The notes beneath the pieces were generated by a model. It was not told the origin of the DNA and searched no databases. It was given only the letters and a program-made list of their open reading frames with translations. From Marsupella aquatica (Eukaryota > Plantae > Marchantiophyta), in assembly GCA_973895155.1 (NCBI GenBank), contig OZ316897.1, positions 19,657,224 to 19,721,223 of the forward strand: a stretch of DNA of 64,000 nucleotides, read 5' to 3'. Shown in pieces: positions 25,259 through 37,060 of the stretch. Position 1 is the stretch's first letter. The number at the start of each line of letters is the position of its first letter. The translations under genes were made by a program, and so were the position numbers.

Positions 25259-27002
25259 TTGTTGTGAAGTTCGTGGGCGATGTCGGGAAAGCCCAGGCTT
25301 CTGTCTGTCGAAAGAACAATGCGCTACGACGTGCTAATAAAACACTACGATCATTACCCAAAATCGTTCAATTGTCATGGGAACAACGAATGGAATCGGG
25401 GATGAAATGATCATGGTATATGCCAACTCCCCAAAGTTTCTGATGATGAAGGCTCGAAACTCAGTTTTTTGGCGACATATCACCCGAACATTACAATCTA
25501 TACTAAAATTAGGCCTAGGAACTCTATTGAGGTCCATCTTGTAATTCAGAATCACAGTACAAGCTTTTTGAACATAGGAAATTCACCTACGGTTGTCAAT
25601 TTCCTTTGTACCATATCAAACAAGCCAAGTACTTACTATCCTATCATCCCTCAAAGGTTCGAGTCAAAACTCTATCTCCATCAATAGGTACAAAGAAAAA
25701 TGGTGGACCTATCTAGATTGCAGGCTACGAAGACCCTGTCACCGTCACCATACTATATATCTCACTTAAAGATAGATATACCCTCGAAAAGTTTTCCTAA
25801 GCATGACATAGCTTCTTATCTATTTCCAGGAAAAAATTTCAAATATGCATCTTATTCTAGGAAAATATTATAAGCAATATTCAAACTCAGAAAAATATGG
25901 TTCTATTTGAGCATAATCTAAACCTTCAAGTCATCATAACTTTCTAGTATTATACCAAAATCAAGTGATTCCAAAAGAAAACTTGGTGTGCTCATCAAGG
26001 TGATCAAAGTTAGAATACTATGTCCCTAAGAAAAATATATCATAATGATTTCCTATATAGTACAACCTTTACTATTTAATAACTTTCTAACAATGTCACA
26101 TCTCTAGCTTCCAAGCACATTCTATGAATTCTTATACTTCCCACACTATTCTTGCACATAAGTTTGGAATAACAAAGAAAACTCACCATGCCACCCCCAA
26201 GGGGCAGGCCTCTTATTTATAGTGCTTTGGAGGGGTAATGACTCACCCCTTTGGTACACATGGTCCAATAATATTTGAACATGTAAACAACAAGGTGTTT
26301 GGATGCTATTGGGCATGTTTCCATGCTTATCCTCCTTTCGACACCTAATTGGCCATGTGTTTGATTCTAAATGGACATGCAACCATGCAAGGCCTTTTTA
26401 CACATGTATGCCACGTATCCCTATATATTTTGCTATGTCACAAATCTAGTGGAAAAGTAAAGCCACCTAGTAGGCCTATACTCTAGTTTATGATAATTAT
26501 TCCTATAGCCCACAATACTTTATTTAGAAGTGCTTTGTTGTCACTCTAACCCATCATAGGATGCCTAAATTTTGTAACTAGGCATGATGAATCACCAAAC
26601 TAGCTACTATGTTAAAACATAAAAACATATGCCCCACTTATGTGCATATGTAAGCGTGGGTAAGAACAAAGGTTGAGCGGATTCTTCAACCTCCCGAAGG
26701 AATCGCACACCAAAGTGATGCACGATGAATTGCCAAAAATGAACTTTCTCCATAACCCGAAACTAAAATTCAACGTGATTTGAAAATCCAACTGGCGCCC
26801 CGTGCACTCCGTCCATTGCTGCTTTCTTGCCTTAGAGTTGTTGCCTCCTCCTCTTGTTCCTCGTTTTTTTATGAATCGGCAACCCGCTACAAGCATAGGT
26901 ACCCGACTTATGGTCTTATTTGTCATCTTAAGTCGAGATGTTGTAAACCCAAAATATACCCGTGTAACTTAGGTGTACTATTTGCACCAAAGTTACCACG
27001 AC

Positions 27003-27119
27003 AGCGTCCCTCCATCGCCTCGCCCCTAGAGCGACCCTCCATCGCCTCGCCCCTAGAGCGTCCCTCAATCGCCTCGCTCCTAGAGCGTCGCAACCTTGCC
27101 TCGCTCCAAGAGCGTCCCT
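27003..27119. repeat. 27-bp tandem repeat x~4 with the same CCTCGCCCCTAGAGCG core, upstream of the transposase exon
   Basis: Directly visible; same core as the 24940 array. Confidence 0.85.
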
Positions 27120-27296
27120 GACCTTAGAATCCTGTTGTGTAAAGCCAATACACATAAAATCCCAAATATTTTTTTCCTTTAAATAGAATTCAAATGTTTA
27201 GATCTAAAATTGTAATATCTAGAGTAGTGCTTATCAGTATGCACATCAGTTGAACAATTTTTAAATGTTTTTGGATGCAGAGATCCTTTCGCTACC

Positions 27297-30200
27297 ATGA
27301 GTAAATTTATGCAAGGGGATGAAGTTTCATTGATAATTGATGGTTTTGAAGTGGCAATTGGGACCATCCAAAAGGTTGATCCCAAAGACACTATACACAA
27401 TATTTGTCTTGGGAAAAATCGAATTGGGGTCCTTATCGAGAGGTGTCTTGAAATATCTTGTCCACTACCATTTCCATCCAAAACATCATCGAGCCTAGGT
27501 GATGCAGTTGACTCGTGTGTGATCTGGGATTCTTCCTTGGCATATTTGAGGTCTTCAACATTGCCGAAAAGAACCGCTGTGGATGGTGTTCCTACTCCAG
27601 TGGACGAGGATGAAGGATGTTCCGAAATGGACATTGGTGGTAAAGGAGGCAACCTTGCTGAAGGAGAGGAGGTTGAGATGTTCATTTTAGATGAACTTGT
27701 ATCAAAAGGAGTTGTCTTCAATACCAATCCAATGGACACTTGTCATAGTGAACGACTCGGTGTTGGCCGTGTTAGTATACAAATATCAGAGGTTGTTCAG
27801 GGAAATAGAAAATTACCGTATCCGCATCCTGGAGCTGACATAGTGCAAGAGGCAATGCAGACTTGGGTAATGTGGGATGTTGCTGATGTTTCAAGAAAAG
27901 GCTCTATTCAAGGTTCTGGCGTGTTTGTTGGTGCAAACCCGGGTGCAAACCTGTTTAAGGATCTTCCATTGAAAGATTTTACAATGCGTTCCAACTGGAT
28001 GGCAGAGGAAGTTGACTTGTATGATGTTTCTCATTGTCGTAAGGTTGCGACAGGGGTTATCACAGTTCCTTTTGAAGCAGGTGCTGTTGATGATGAACTT
28101 CTTGGTCCAGAGCATGTGGGTGTAGCTGTTGTGAATATCAACGATCCCGCATTATTTCCAAATATCCATGTTGGTACTCCAGGTTTGGTGAGGTGGGAAA
28201 TCAAATCTTTGTTGTTGATTTCATCTCAAATGTTTCTTGGGGATATCCTTGAGAAAGGTTCACATGTGTGGATAGAATCGGGTCGAAATGAGAGCGACCC
28301 GGATTTGGATGGTGATGGGAAACCTCAAAAAAAAAAACATTTGCAATCAAGGGCGCTTTTGAAAATCACCGAGGAGTCCATTGATTCCATCCAAAGAGAA
28401 GGTTGTTGCAGGTTAAAGTGTTGCTTGAACATGCCAAGAGAGGACTTGGAGGCAATGAGGAGGGAATTCCATGGAATGTCAAGTGACAACAAAACAAGTC
28501 ATATCTTCAATCTTTTTGGGTGTAGAGAAGACCAAGTCAAGAGAAAAGGATTTTTTGTTCTAAAGGGACGTGTGGTTTGTAAGGATGCGTTCATAAAAAT
28601 GCATGGGTTTAGTACGGCAAAGTATTATGATTACAAAAATCAGTACGAAGCTGGGTGCACAATTGGTTTCCATGGAAATCAAGGGCAACATAAGACACGA
28701 TCAAGCACCTTGCATGCTCGTGCATTGTTGGAGTCCATTTTAATCCAAAATGGAGAACCAATGCCACATCTTCCCTATGGTGGGTCCAACGGCACCGATA
28801 CTGTCGAATATCGACTCCCATCATGTTTCACTAAGAAGGAGATTTTTCAAGAGGTATTTGCAAAGATGTAATTGGACGGCTACGCTAAGGTTACTGAAGT
28901 TACCATGTACAACATCTGGAAAAATTCTTTTGATAATTTTGACTTTCACAAGGGCAGTGCATTTGCCAAGTGCACATTTTGCACTGAGTTCAAAGATCAA
29001 TTGATGCGGGAGAAGAGAAAAAAAGAGCGTGCAGAGATTGAAGAGAAAAGAGCACAACATCTTCGTGAACAAATGTCAAGGAGATATGTTTACTATGCTC
29101 ATAGGGTTCTTGCAAAGAAGGATCCTCAAAACTATCTTTGCATTATTCATGATAAGATGGACCAAGCCAAGACTTGGATCCCCAGATGGGCCCCACTCCA
29201 AAATCTCTCTCTGGTAGTGGTCAACCTCTGCCCATTGCCCTTACTGGGATGTTAACCCATGGAAGGGATCCAGGAGTGTATGCACACTTTAGTTTGACTG
29301 GCCTTTGGCCTGGAGATGTAGACTTCACTGTGACATCTTTGGCCAAATGCCTTCGAGATTTGGAGGATTACACTGGAGACAAAATGGGAGACATGCTTGA
29401 AGCTTTCAATTGGAACGCAACTAGGCCAATATTTCAGTCTCTTTTGGACTTTGAAGCATTTCAAGCGGGTTACTTGGAACCCAAAAATGTTTCAATTCTC
29501 AAGTTTCAAGGCCTTGATGACGGTCAAGAGAGCCAAAAAACCAGCACAACAGATGCTAGTTCTAGAGTTGATCCTGAGACTACGAGCTCTTTCAAGCCCT
29601 TACCAAGGCACCTAACACTGCAGATGGACAATTCAGGAAAAGATAATAAAAATCAAGATGTGATGGCATTTTGCAGCGAGCTTGTTAGCAGGGGGTGTTT
29701 GAAACTGTGCAAATGTCATTCCTCATGGTTGGCCACACCCATGAGGATGTGGATGCACTATTTTCTCAAGTATCCAAACAGGTCAGGTACAAAGAGGTTG
29801 CTACCCTCCTTGCGTTGATGGCTGAGGTTTGGGAGTGTGAAAGCATCCATCCCGTACCACGATTGATTCAGGAGGTTGCATCTTACAAGCAGTATTTGAA
29901 GGCTTTCCAAGTGAAAGAGATTGAAGGTCACTCAAAACCAGTGGCATTTCTATTCTCCATGAGGGATAATGTGCCAGTGTATCAATATAAAGCACATGTC
30001 AAACAACCTTGGCTTCCAGCAACAGGGAGGTCAATTTGGAGAATTGATCTCATCACAAACACGCTCATTTTACCGGAGGGCCAACCATTTGCAAAACCTA
30101 TATCGGGGGAGGTACAAAAGAAAGCCAAGGAAATCATCCCATTCCTTAATCGTTACATTGATTTCTTGAGGAAAAGTTGCAAGGATGAGACCTCTGCAGC

Positions 30201-30981
30201 ATACCGCGAGAGATTTCCTTTGGTGAAATATTGGGAGAGGCTTGTTATGGCACTCTCTGAGGCACTTACAATAGAAGGGGAGGGAGAAAGACAATTGTCA
30301 TTGACAACTGATTTCTGGCCAAAGACTAACCATGGCACAGGTTACAAGGTGATTTTGGGGACCTCTCAACCTTCAAGTGAACCTACTCAAAATTCAGAGA
30401 TGATGGACCTTCAAAATGAGTACATGGAAGAGATGGAAGGTCAAGCTGCACCCTTCGTTGGTGCATGAGAAGAGCGAGAACTTGCACGTTGGATTCCCCT
30501 ACAAGATATTCAAGAGGGTCACTTTGTGTTTTTACGTCCAGAGGATGAATGGGAGCAAAAAAATGGCAAAGGGTGTTTCTGGTTAGTTCGAGCTTTGGGT
30601 GGTGTGGATCCAAACCATGAGGTTTCTTCACTAGATTTGCAATTTAGTGAAGGGTCTTCTTCAAGGTTTTCTAAGAGCATTCACCTAAGTAGCATTCCTA
30701 AGCGGTATGCTCCTATGTTCCAAGTGCAATGGTGGAGGCCTAAACATGGTAAGCATGATGCAAAGGATGATGTTCGATACGAACATTGCTTTCAGACCAC
30801 TAAGACTTGGGAGCTAGATCCTGGGTTTAACACTATCACTCAAAGTTGGCAGTTTGCAAATTCTGCAATGTATGGATTTAAGTCAGGTGCCAAAGAACAA
30901 AATATTATGGATAGAGGTTTGACAATTCCCAAGAATGTTTTGAAAACTCTCAAAACTTACATGGAAGGTATTGATGAGTAG
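27297..30981 (+). pseudogene. Sola-like DDD transposase (copy B), three N-terminal Tnp1/En-Spm-like repeats, several stops and frameshifts
   Basis: Repeats VAIGTI..DPKDTIHNICLGKNRIGV / VSKGVV..NPMDTCHSERLGVGRVSI / VATGVI....LLGPEHVGV; HDKMD, MDNSGKDNKN, VGHTHEDVD; stops at 28869 and 30466. Confidence 0.82.
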
Positions 30982-31081
30982 AGTGATAGAGTGGTCACAA
31001 GTGTCCACTATGTAATGACTTGTAGTTAGGAGGGTCAAGTTAATTTCCATGCATTTGTCTAAAGTAAGTAAGAGAACAAGG

Positions 31082-34000
31082 TGTCACGTCATCAGCTTTG
31101 GCCTTAACTCGGGCTTCAGCTTTAAACGGGCACCTCCTTCGTAAATATGAGGGTTCGGGCAGGGAGGGAAGCGCGTAATGCACCTAATTCACGTAAACTA
31201 GCGCTAAGTGCGCTTACTGTTAGATACGGACATCTCCTAGGTATGGTTTATGTTCCGCCGCCGGAACGTACCTTAGTCGATAACAGGATCGACCCCGGCT
31301 TAAGGACTTCTAAGCCTTTGTGTTGTCCGCCTTCGATCCGGATTCAATGATACAGGTCCTCAACCCATGCTCGCAACCACATACCCGCAAGCTGCACCCC
31401 GTGCACGACTCGGGTAGTGCGTTCGGCCCGGCGTTGCCACCTATACACGAGATTCACACACACATACACGCATACAAGCATACAATCTTGATTTACATGA
31501 AGGAAATAATGGGAAAGGATTTTACTACATAGGGGACATGTGCGTACACTTGGTTGACCCGACAGCTCCGGAATGAACAGATTCAAGGCTGAGAGAGTAT
31601 ACTACAACGGAGCCCGGCTCTGTACTTGCCCGGCGAGCTTAGTCCTACCCCCTCCCCTTGGTACTCTTTCACTCCCAGAGGTCGGGACTCCCGCGCATAC
31701 CACGGATGTCCAACTCTGAGACTAAAAACCCCCCCTGCCTCTACCGAGGGGTGCACTAAATACTAAGGGCCGGAGAACGGAGTGTCCTCCCGACCAAAGA
31801 TTCACTGACTTAGGTCCTAACTAATCTGACTGTCAGGCCGAAAAACGGTTGTGTCTTATTAGAAGATCCTAATCTACGCAGGCTGGACAGCATGGCAGTG
31901 CTGCTGTAACTAAGGCAGGTGCCTGTCCCAATAGCCTGACTTAGCTACTCCTAACCCTATTCTATTCCTACTCCGCCGCTAATGCCTGGTACGCTTGCCA
32001 GAGCCGCCCGAGTGGGAGCGGCCATCCCGCTGCTTACGAAGTCTGTCGTTGTCTGCCTTGAGGAGCTGGACCTGGTCCAGCAAAGATTCGTTCTCTCGCT
32101 TCGCCGCGTTTGTCTCCTCCGCTGCCTCCTCCAGCTGTTGGGCATCGCTCGTCAGCTTGCCCGCCAGCTAGTCCTACTTCTCGGAGCCGTGCCACTTCGG
32201 CCTGTAGCGTGGCTATCTTTGTAGTGTCCCGTTGGGCCCGTTCTTTGGCCTCCTTCAGGTCCTTCTGCCAGATGACAGTTTGATTCTTCAAACTGTCAAT
32301 CTGGTTCCGAAGTTGTGCAATCTCGGCCTCGTTCCCAGCTTTGGCCTGTTCGGCTACGGTGGTAAGGGCGTGCGCCTTTGCTAACAAATCATCGGCGGCT
32401 GCAACTTTGGGTCGTAGTTGCAGAAGCTCAGCCTCTTGAGCCGCAACTTCGTTCTTTAAGTATACGGACTCCACCCGGTACCGCTCTATCCTCTGAAGGG
32501 CCTCTGACTGGGCCTGACCTGCCTTTATTGCAGCAACTAACTCCTGATTGAAGAAACAGGCTACCTTCCGGGCCATGAACTCCCCGGTATCCCAGGAAAT
32601 TTGATGAGAAAAATCTCCCAGAAGCCCGTTCAGAAATGTACCCGGTACGAAGAGTTCCGGGTGATCCAGGTTGTGCCTGTCCGGAGTTGGGCACGGGCAG
32701 ACGTCAACACGCGTGGGGGCCGGGGCAGTGACATCCAGCCCTGGGGACGTAATGTTGGAAGGGGCTGGAGTGTCCTCCTGCAGCAATGTCTGGTTCTCCG
32801 GAATAGCCACCGGTGGGTCTTTGGGAGACACGGGCTCGAGTAAGACCTCCGCTGTACCGACTTCTGTACTTAGCCCGGCCTGTTGGATCGCATCAACAGT
32901 TGCGATAACCGACCCATCCGGTACCTCCTCGGTTACAACTACAGCTACTCGTGGAGGTGGGGTGGGTGAAGCTGGCGTGTCCGCTGGACTTTGGGCCTCG
33001 GGTTGGGGCCGTCTCTCCAAGGCCGGGAAAACCCACCTAGCTGGGACCAGCTTTGTAACGTTGACACGGGGAAGGGTTCGTCGATCAAACCGAGCGTACC
33101 ACTCAAGAATGATCTCGATGTGGCTAGCGAAATACGCCTTCCCACCAATTACAGCGTCTTCCTTCGCCGCTCCATCTCTTCATGGAATTTCTTAGCGAAG
33201 TACAATGCCCACTTCCTAGGTCGATAGTTCTCGACCTGGATAACCTGGGTGGCGAAGATCTCCCCCCGGGGTTCCATCATGTGGAGGGCGTACCTTTGGA
33301 ACTCCAGTCGCTCAGCTATCTCGGGGATGAGGCAGGTCCTCATCACGAACTCGTTGTCCACTGCTCCTTCTGAGGGAAAACTTGAGGATTGGTACTTGGC
33401 TCCCTTGCCCCCGGGAGCCCGTGATTCGACTTGATGATCACCTTCGGGTAATCCAAAGATCATCTTGAGCCGTTCTTCCGTGAGGGACATATTCCTTCCC
33501 CGCAGCCGAGTATGCTGACGTGCGTCATCATAATTCTTGATGAATTCTGTCATGTCCTCCTCGTATGACCTGCAAGTGTTCCAGGGCAGAGCAGCGAGGT
33601 GCTCAAATCCCTGAGTCTTCAGGTACACTGCATGCTTGGGATGGAGGATGTTCTTATGCACGTTTTCCCCCATGCGGTGCATTGTCACCTTGGCCACGGC
33701 TACCGTGGCCAATGGTAACCCGGATGCAGTGGCGGGTTCCTTCCTCTTCTTCCCCCGTGACTGGCTCGGGGAAGGTGACACCTCCCCATCCTCTCGATCG
33801 GGCATAGGTAGTGCTACCGCCGTTAGTATTGGTCCCGGGGCGGCCACGGTCACCGTGTTGTTTGCTGGAGCCACTCCTTGGGTCCGAGCATGGGGAGGGG
33901 ACGATGTAGTGTTGGCCCCCTGAGTGTTTGCTCCTCTAGGCTGCTTGAGCAAGGGTGGGGTAGCCTCGTCGTCGTCGCTAAGGTCCACAGCGTTGATGAC

Positions 34001-35067
34001 GGAGTGTACTTGTACTACTGGCGGGGCGATCGGCGGTGGGGGTTGGCTAGGCTGAGGCTAAGACTGAAGCTGAGCCTGAGCCTGAGTCTGCATTGGTACG
34101 GGTACGGGTATGGGGTCCACTGGGCTGGCGCCGGTGTTTGCGGGTCTAGTTCCTATGAAGCTCTGCAGGTGCTGGTAGAAGTTCTTCGAAGCAAGTGCGG
34201 ACGACCTTGTCGAATGGGTAGTGCTGGACTCACTGTTGATGATAGCCCGAACCTGAGCAGGGATGTGGTCGAAGTGATGTCGTTGCAAGTCGATCGTACC
34301 CGGGATATTGAAGACCTCGTCCGGAAGCAGAAGCAATGCTTCCCAGAAACCGATATATTTGTCTCCATTGAAGAAGTACCCAGATACCTCTGCTGGTCGG
34401 TAAAGCTCGCTCTGAAACGGGTAGTCAAAGTTAAGGATGTAGTGGTGTCGTCCTGCTAGGCGGATGGCTCTCTCGTACTCGCGTTTGATTTCGTATCGGC
34501 GCGGGTTGGCGTGTTTCAACGAGTCGGCCAAGTGCCTTCCGGTAGATAGGTACTGCGTCCAGAATCGAATGGCCAAACTGGAGAGGATTGTGTGCGACAT
34601 TCAGAGGAGATAGTAGTGGCGACTTAGAGCGAACGAGAGAGCTGGGGTCGAAGCTGGCGCGTGGACTGATGGACTGGTGCACTCCAAAGGGTCGGCTCCC
34701 TTTTTATACCTTGAGGGCTTGCCGATCCCCCGACATATCCTCGTTGCCTATAGGCTGAACCGTTCACGCTTGTAGTGTACCGGCCACTCCGCTGGTTTGA
34801 GTCACCGCGTGTCAGTGGACGCCTCCCGAAGTTTGTTATACGGACCCGAGGGAGGGGCCCCTCCACGCTCGTAACCCGGGCGTGCGAATGGCGACGCGCC
34901 GCCAGCCCGAACATGAATTCCCTTTATTGACTAATGATTTCCTACTCATAATGGCTACCTAAATACTATCGTTATGCTAATCATAGCGGCCTAAGATGCT
35001 CCTAACGCGCGTGCTAGGCACGGTTTAGACCAAATTACTCATTACTCGCCGTACTGGCGGCGTCACA
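31082..35067. mobile_element. 3986-bp TG...CA-bounded insertion, solo-LTR-like, protein-coding
   Basis: Starts TGTCACG, ends CGTCACA; 5-bp TSD CAAGG at 31077-31081 and 35068-35072; GC-rich relative to its flanks. Confidence 0.85.
31957..34600 (-). pseudogene. Accessory protein with a plant-retrotransposon mobile-domain-like region plus coiled coil; broken by a stop and frameshifts
   Basis: ORFs 34058-34600 and 33149-33988 are in frame across a TAG; QGFEHLAALPW..EFI..LTEERLKMIFGLP matches the 49168-51906 protein; TATAAAA at ~34702-34708 on the minus strand. Confidence 0.65.
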
Positions 35068-37060
35068 CAAGGCTTGCAATCAAATACTCTATGATCTCTC
35101 TTAGTTATTGAATGGACTTTTTGATAATTATTGTTATTTTTGTCTTAGTACATATATTTCTAGAAAATGATGGCAGTTCTAAGTTACTTGGATGTCATCC
35201 TAGTTTGAATATAAGATATTTAACTTGTCTAGCATTTCATTGTTGCTTAGATAATGATCCTATCCAAGCTAGATGTTTTGAGTATAGATGCTATCCAAGC
35301 TTATGTGTTATTACACAAGTTCTATCTATTTTCAACCAAATGAACACTTTTTATCACCCAAATGTTTTTTAATATTATCCAAATTAATATTTTCTTTGCC
35401 CAAATGTCTATTTTTTTGCCCCAAATTTATAATTCATGATGCTTAAATTTTCATTTTTCATCCTTCAAATTTACAATTCTTATGCCTAAAAGTGTGTTTT
35501 TAAATGCCCAAATTTCCAAATCTTCTTTATAATTCCACTTTTAATGAATATAGTGATAAGTGTAATAAATTCCAAATTCAGATTTTGTAGCTATACTTAA
35601 CTAGTACCATGGCCTCATTGCATATAATTTGTACTCACCAAGGTTTTACTTACAAAGCATGCCTGGGTACTCAGGCGAGTAGACTCAACCAATCAAGCAG
35701 ATTGGTCATAAGTTCCAGTTAAGTTCAGAGTCAACTTACTTCTAGATGACAGGGCAAACATTTGTATTAATAGCAAGCCCTGGGCAATTATTCACTCAAG
35801 TTTTTCAAGCTTGCAAATTACGCATGGGTATTCAAGCCAGTAGGTAGACTCAAACAATGAGGCATATATAACCCCTACCAGTTCCTACTCCAAAGTTAAA
35901 ACATTGGTTTAAATTTCTTTTTGGCTAAGCCAAAACAAAGTTGAAAATACTCGATGCAACCTGGAATCAAAAGCTAAAGATCTTGAGGTCGTGGGAGGCG
36001 ATGGCGGCAGGATCAACACACGAGGAGAATCAAGCGATGGTGGCAACGAGCATGCACGGAGGAAAGCAGTGGCGGAGAGAGGGAAGGGGAATAGACACGA
36101 AGATCATGAAGGCAACAAACGAAAAGAAAGCAGCCAAGGCACAATGAATAGGAGAACGTAACGACAGGTAGTCTCAAGAGGAGACATCAGACAGTCCAAC
36201 AAATAAGTATCCACCCTCAATATTCAAAGGCTAGAAGGACAACAATAGAACAATCAGTCACATAGTCATAGAAGATCACAATGCCCTGTCAAACTCGTAA
36301 GATAAAGGAGAGGTCATTCAGTCCAGGGTCAGTCTGACCGACATCAGGACATGCAATTCAAAATTGCCAACGGAAGTTGCGGATACTTCCACACACTTAA
36401 AGTAAAGTGCAGTAGGTCTTCTCTTTCTCAAATACTCTCAGCAACACTCCATGTTTCCAACAAGCGGATAGGGAACCTTTATTCTCCTTGGAGTCAATAG
36501 CTAGAATCTCACGACAAGAATGCGGTATGAACGATTGGGATGCCACTGAAAACTCAGGCTGCCAGGGACCTTGCTGCTCTTGATTCAGTCTTGAGCCTAG
36601 CCCTCTAGCAGACTACAAGGCGACTGGCTCCAGTCAAGCATCAAAGTAAGGGAAATTAGTCAACTCGGCCGAATGACATCCACACTGGGTCTGGCGAGAA
36701 AGAATCCAGAACCTCGTTGATGGACACCCACTATTCATTATTGTAGAACCCTAAACCCTAAACAACCTGTTGGAGTTGATGAATCGAGCGGAGTGCTTTG
36801 CAAGCATCATCTCTTCCGGTCGTCTCTCACTCTGATAGATAGACTGTAAATCTATTGATACAAAATTGAACACACTGTGAAATTAAATTGAGCCGCAAAT
36901 TCATAGAATTCAAAAGAACGTCACTCCAACGTCCAAGAAAATGAAGTCTTGATTTTCTCAATCTTGCCTTTCAAGCTATCCGGTGGTTGTTGGGAAATGC
37001 GATTCGTCTTAATGTTCCCACAACTCCTCTATTTGCAATTATAAATGTTGTCGTTCTGGC

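Larger units (their letters stand above)
17903..35557 (+). mobile_element. Fully bounded cargo-carrying Sola-like DNA transposon (copy B), 17.65 kb including a 4-kb nested insertion
   Basis: Left TIR ATCACAATATTCATTAAAACTGGAA at 17903; right TIR, read as reverse complement, ATCACTATATTCATTAAAAGTGGAA ending at 35557; 4-bp TSD AAGT at 17899-17902 and 35558-35561. Confidence 0.88.

Noticed and set aside
17905-35555. Reading the large element as a CACTA because the right TIR contains CACTA
   Set aside because: The left end reads CACAA and the 3-bp flanks (TAT versus ATA) do not match. Extending by AT gives a perfect 4-bp TSD, and the transposase is not TnpD-like.
35562-37060. Possible host gene between the Sola-like element and the gypsy LTR
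   Set aside because: Only short ORFs without recognisable motifs; nothing supportable.
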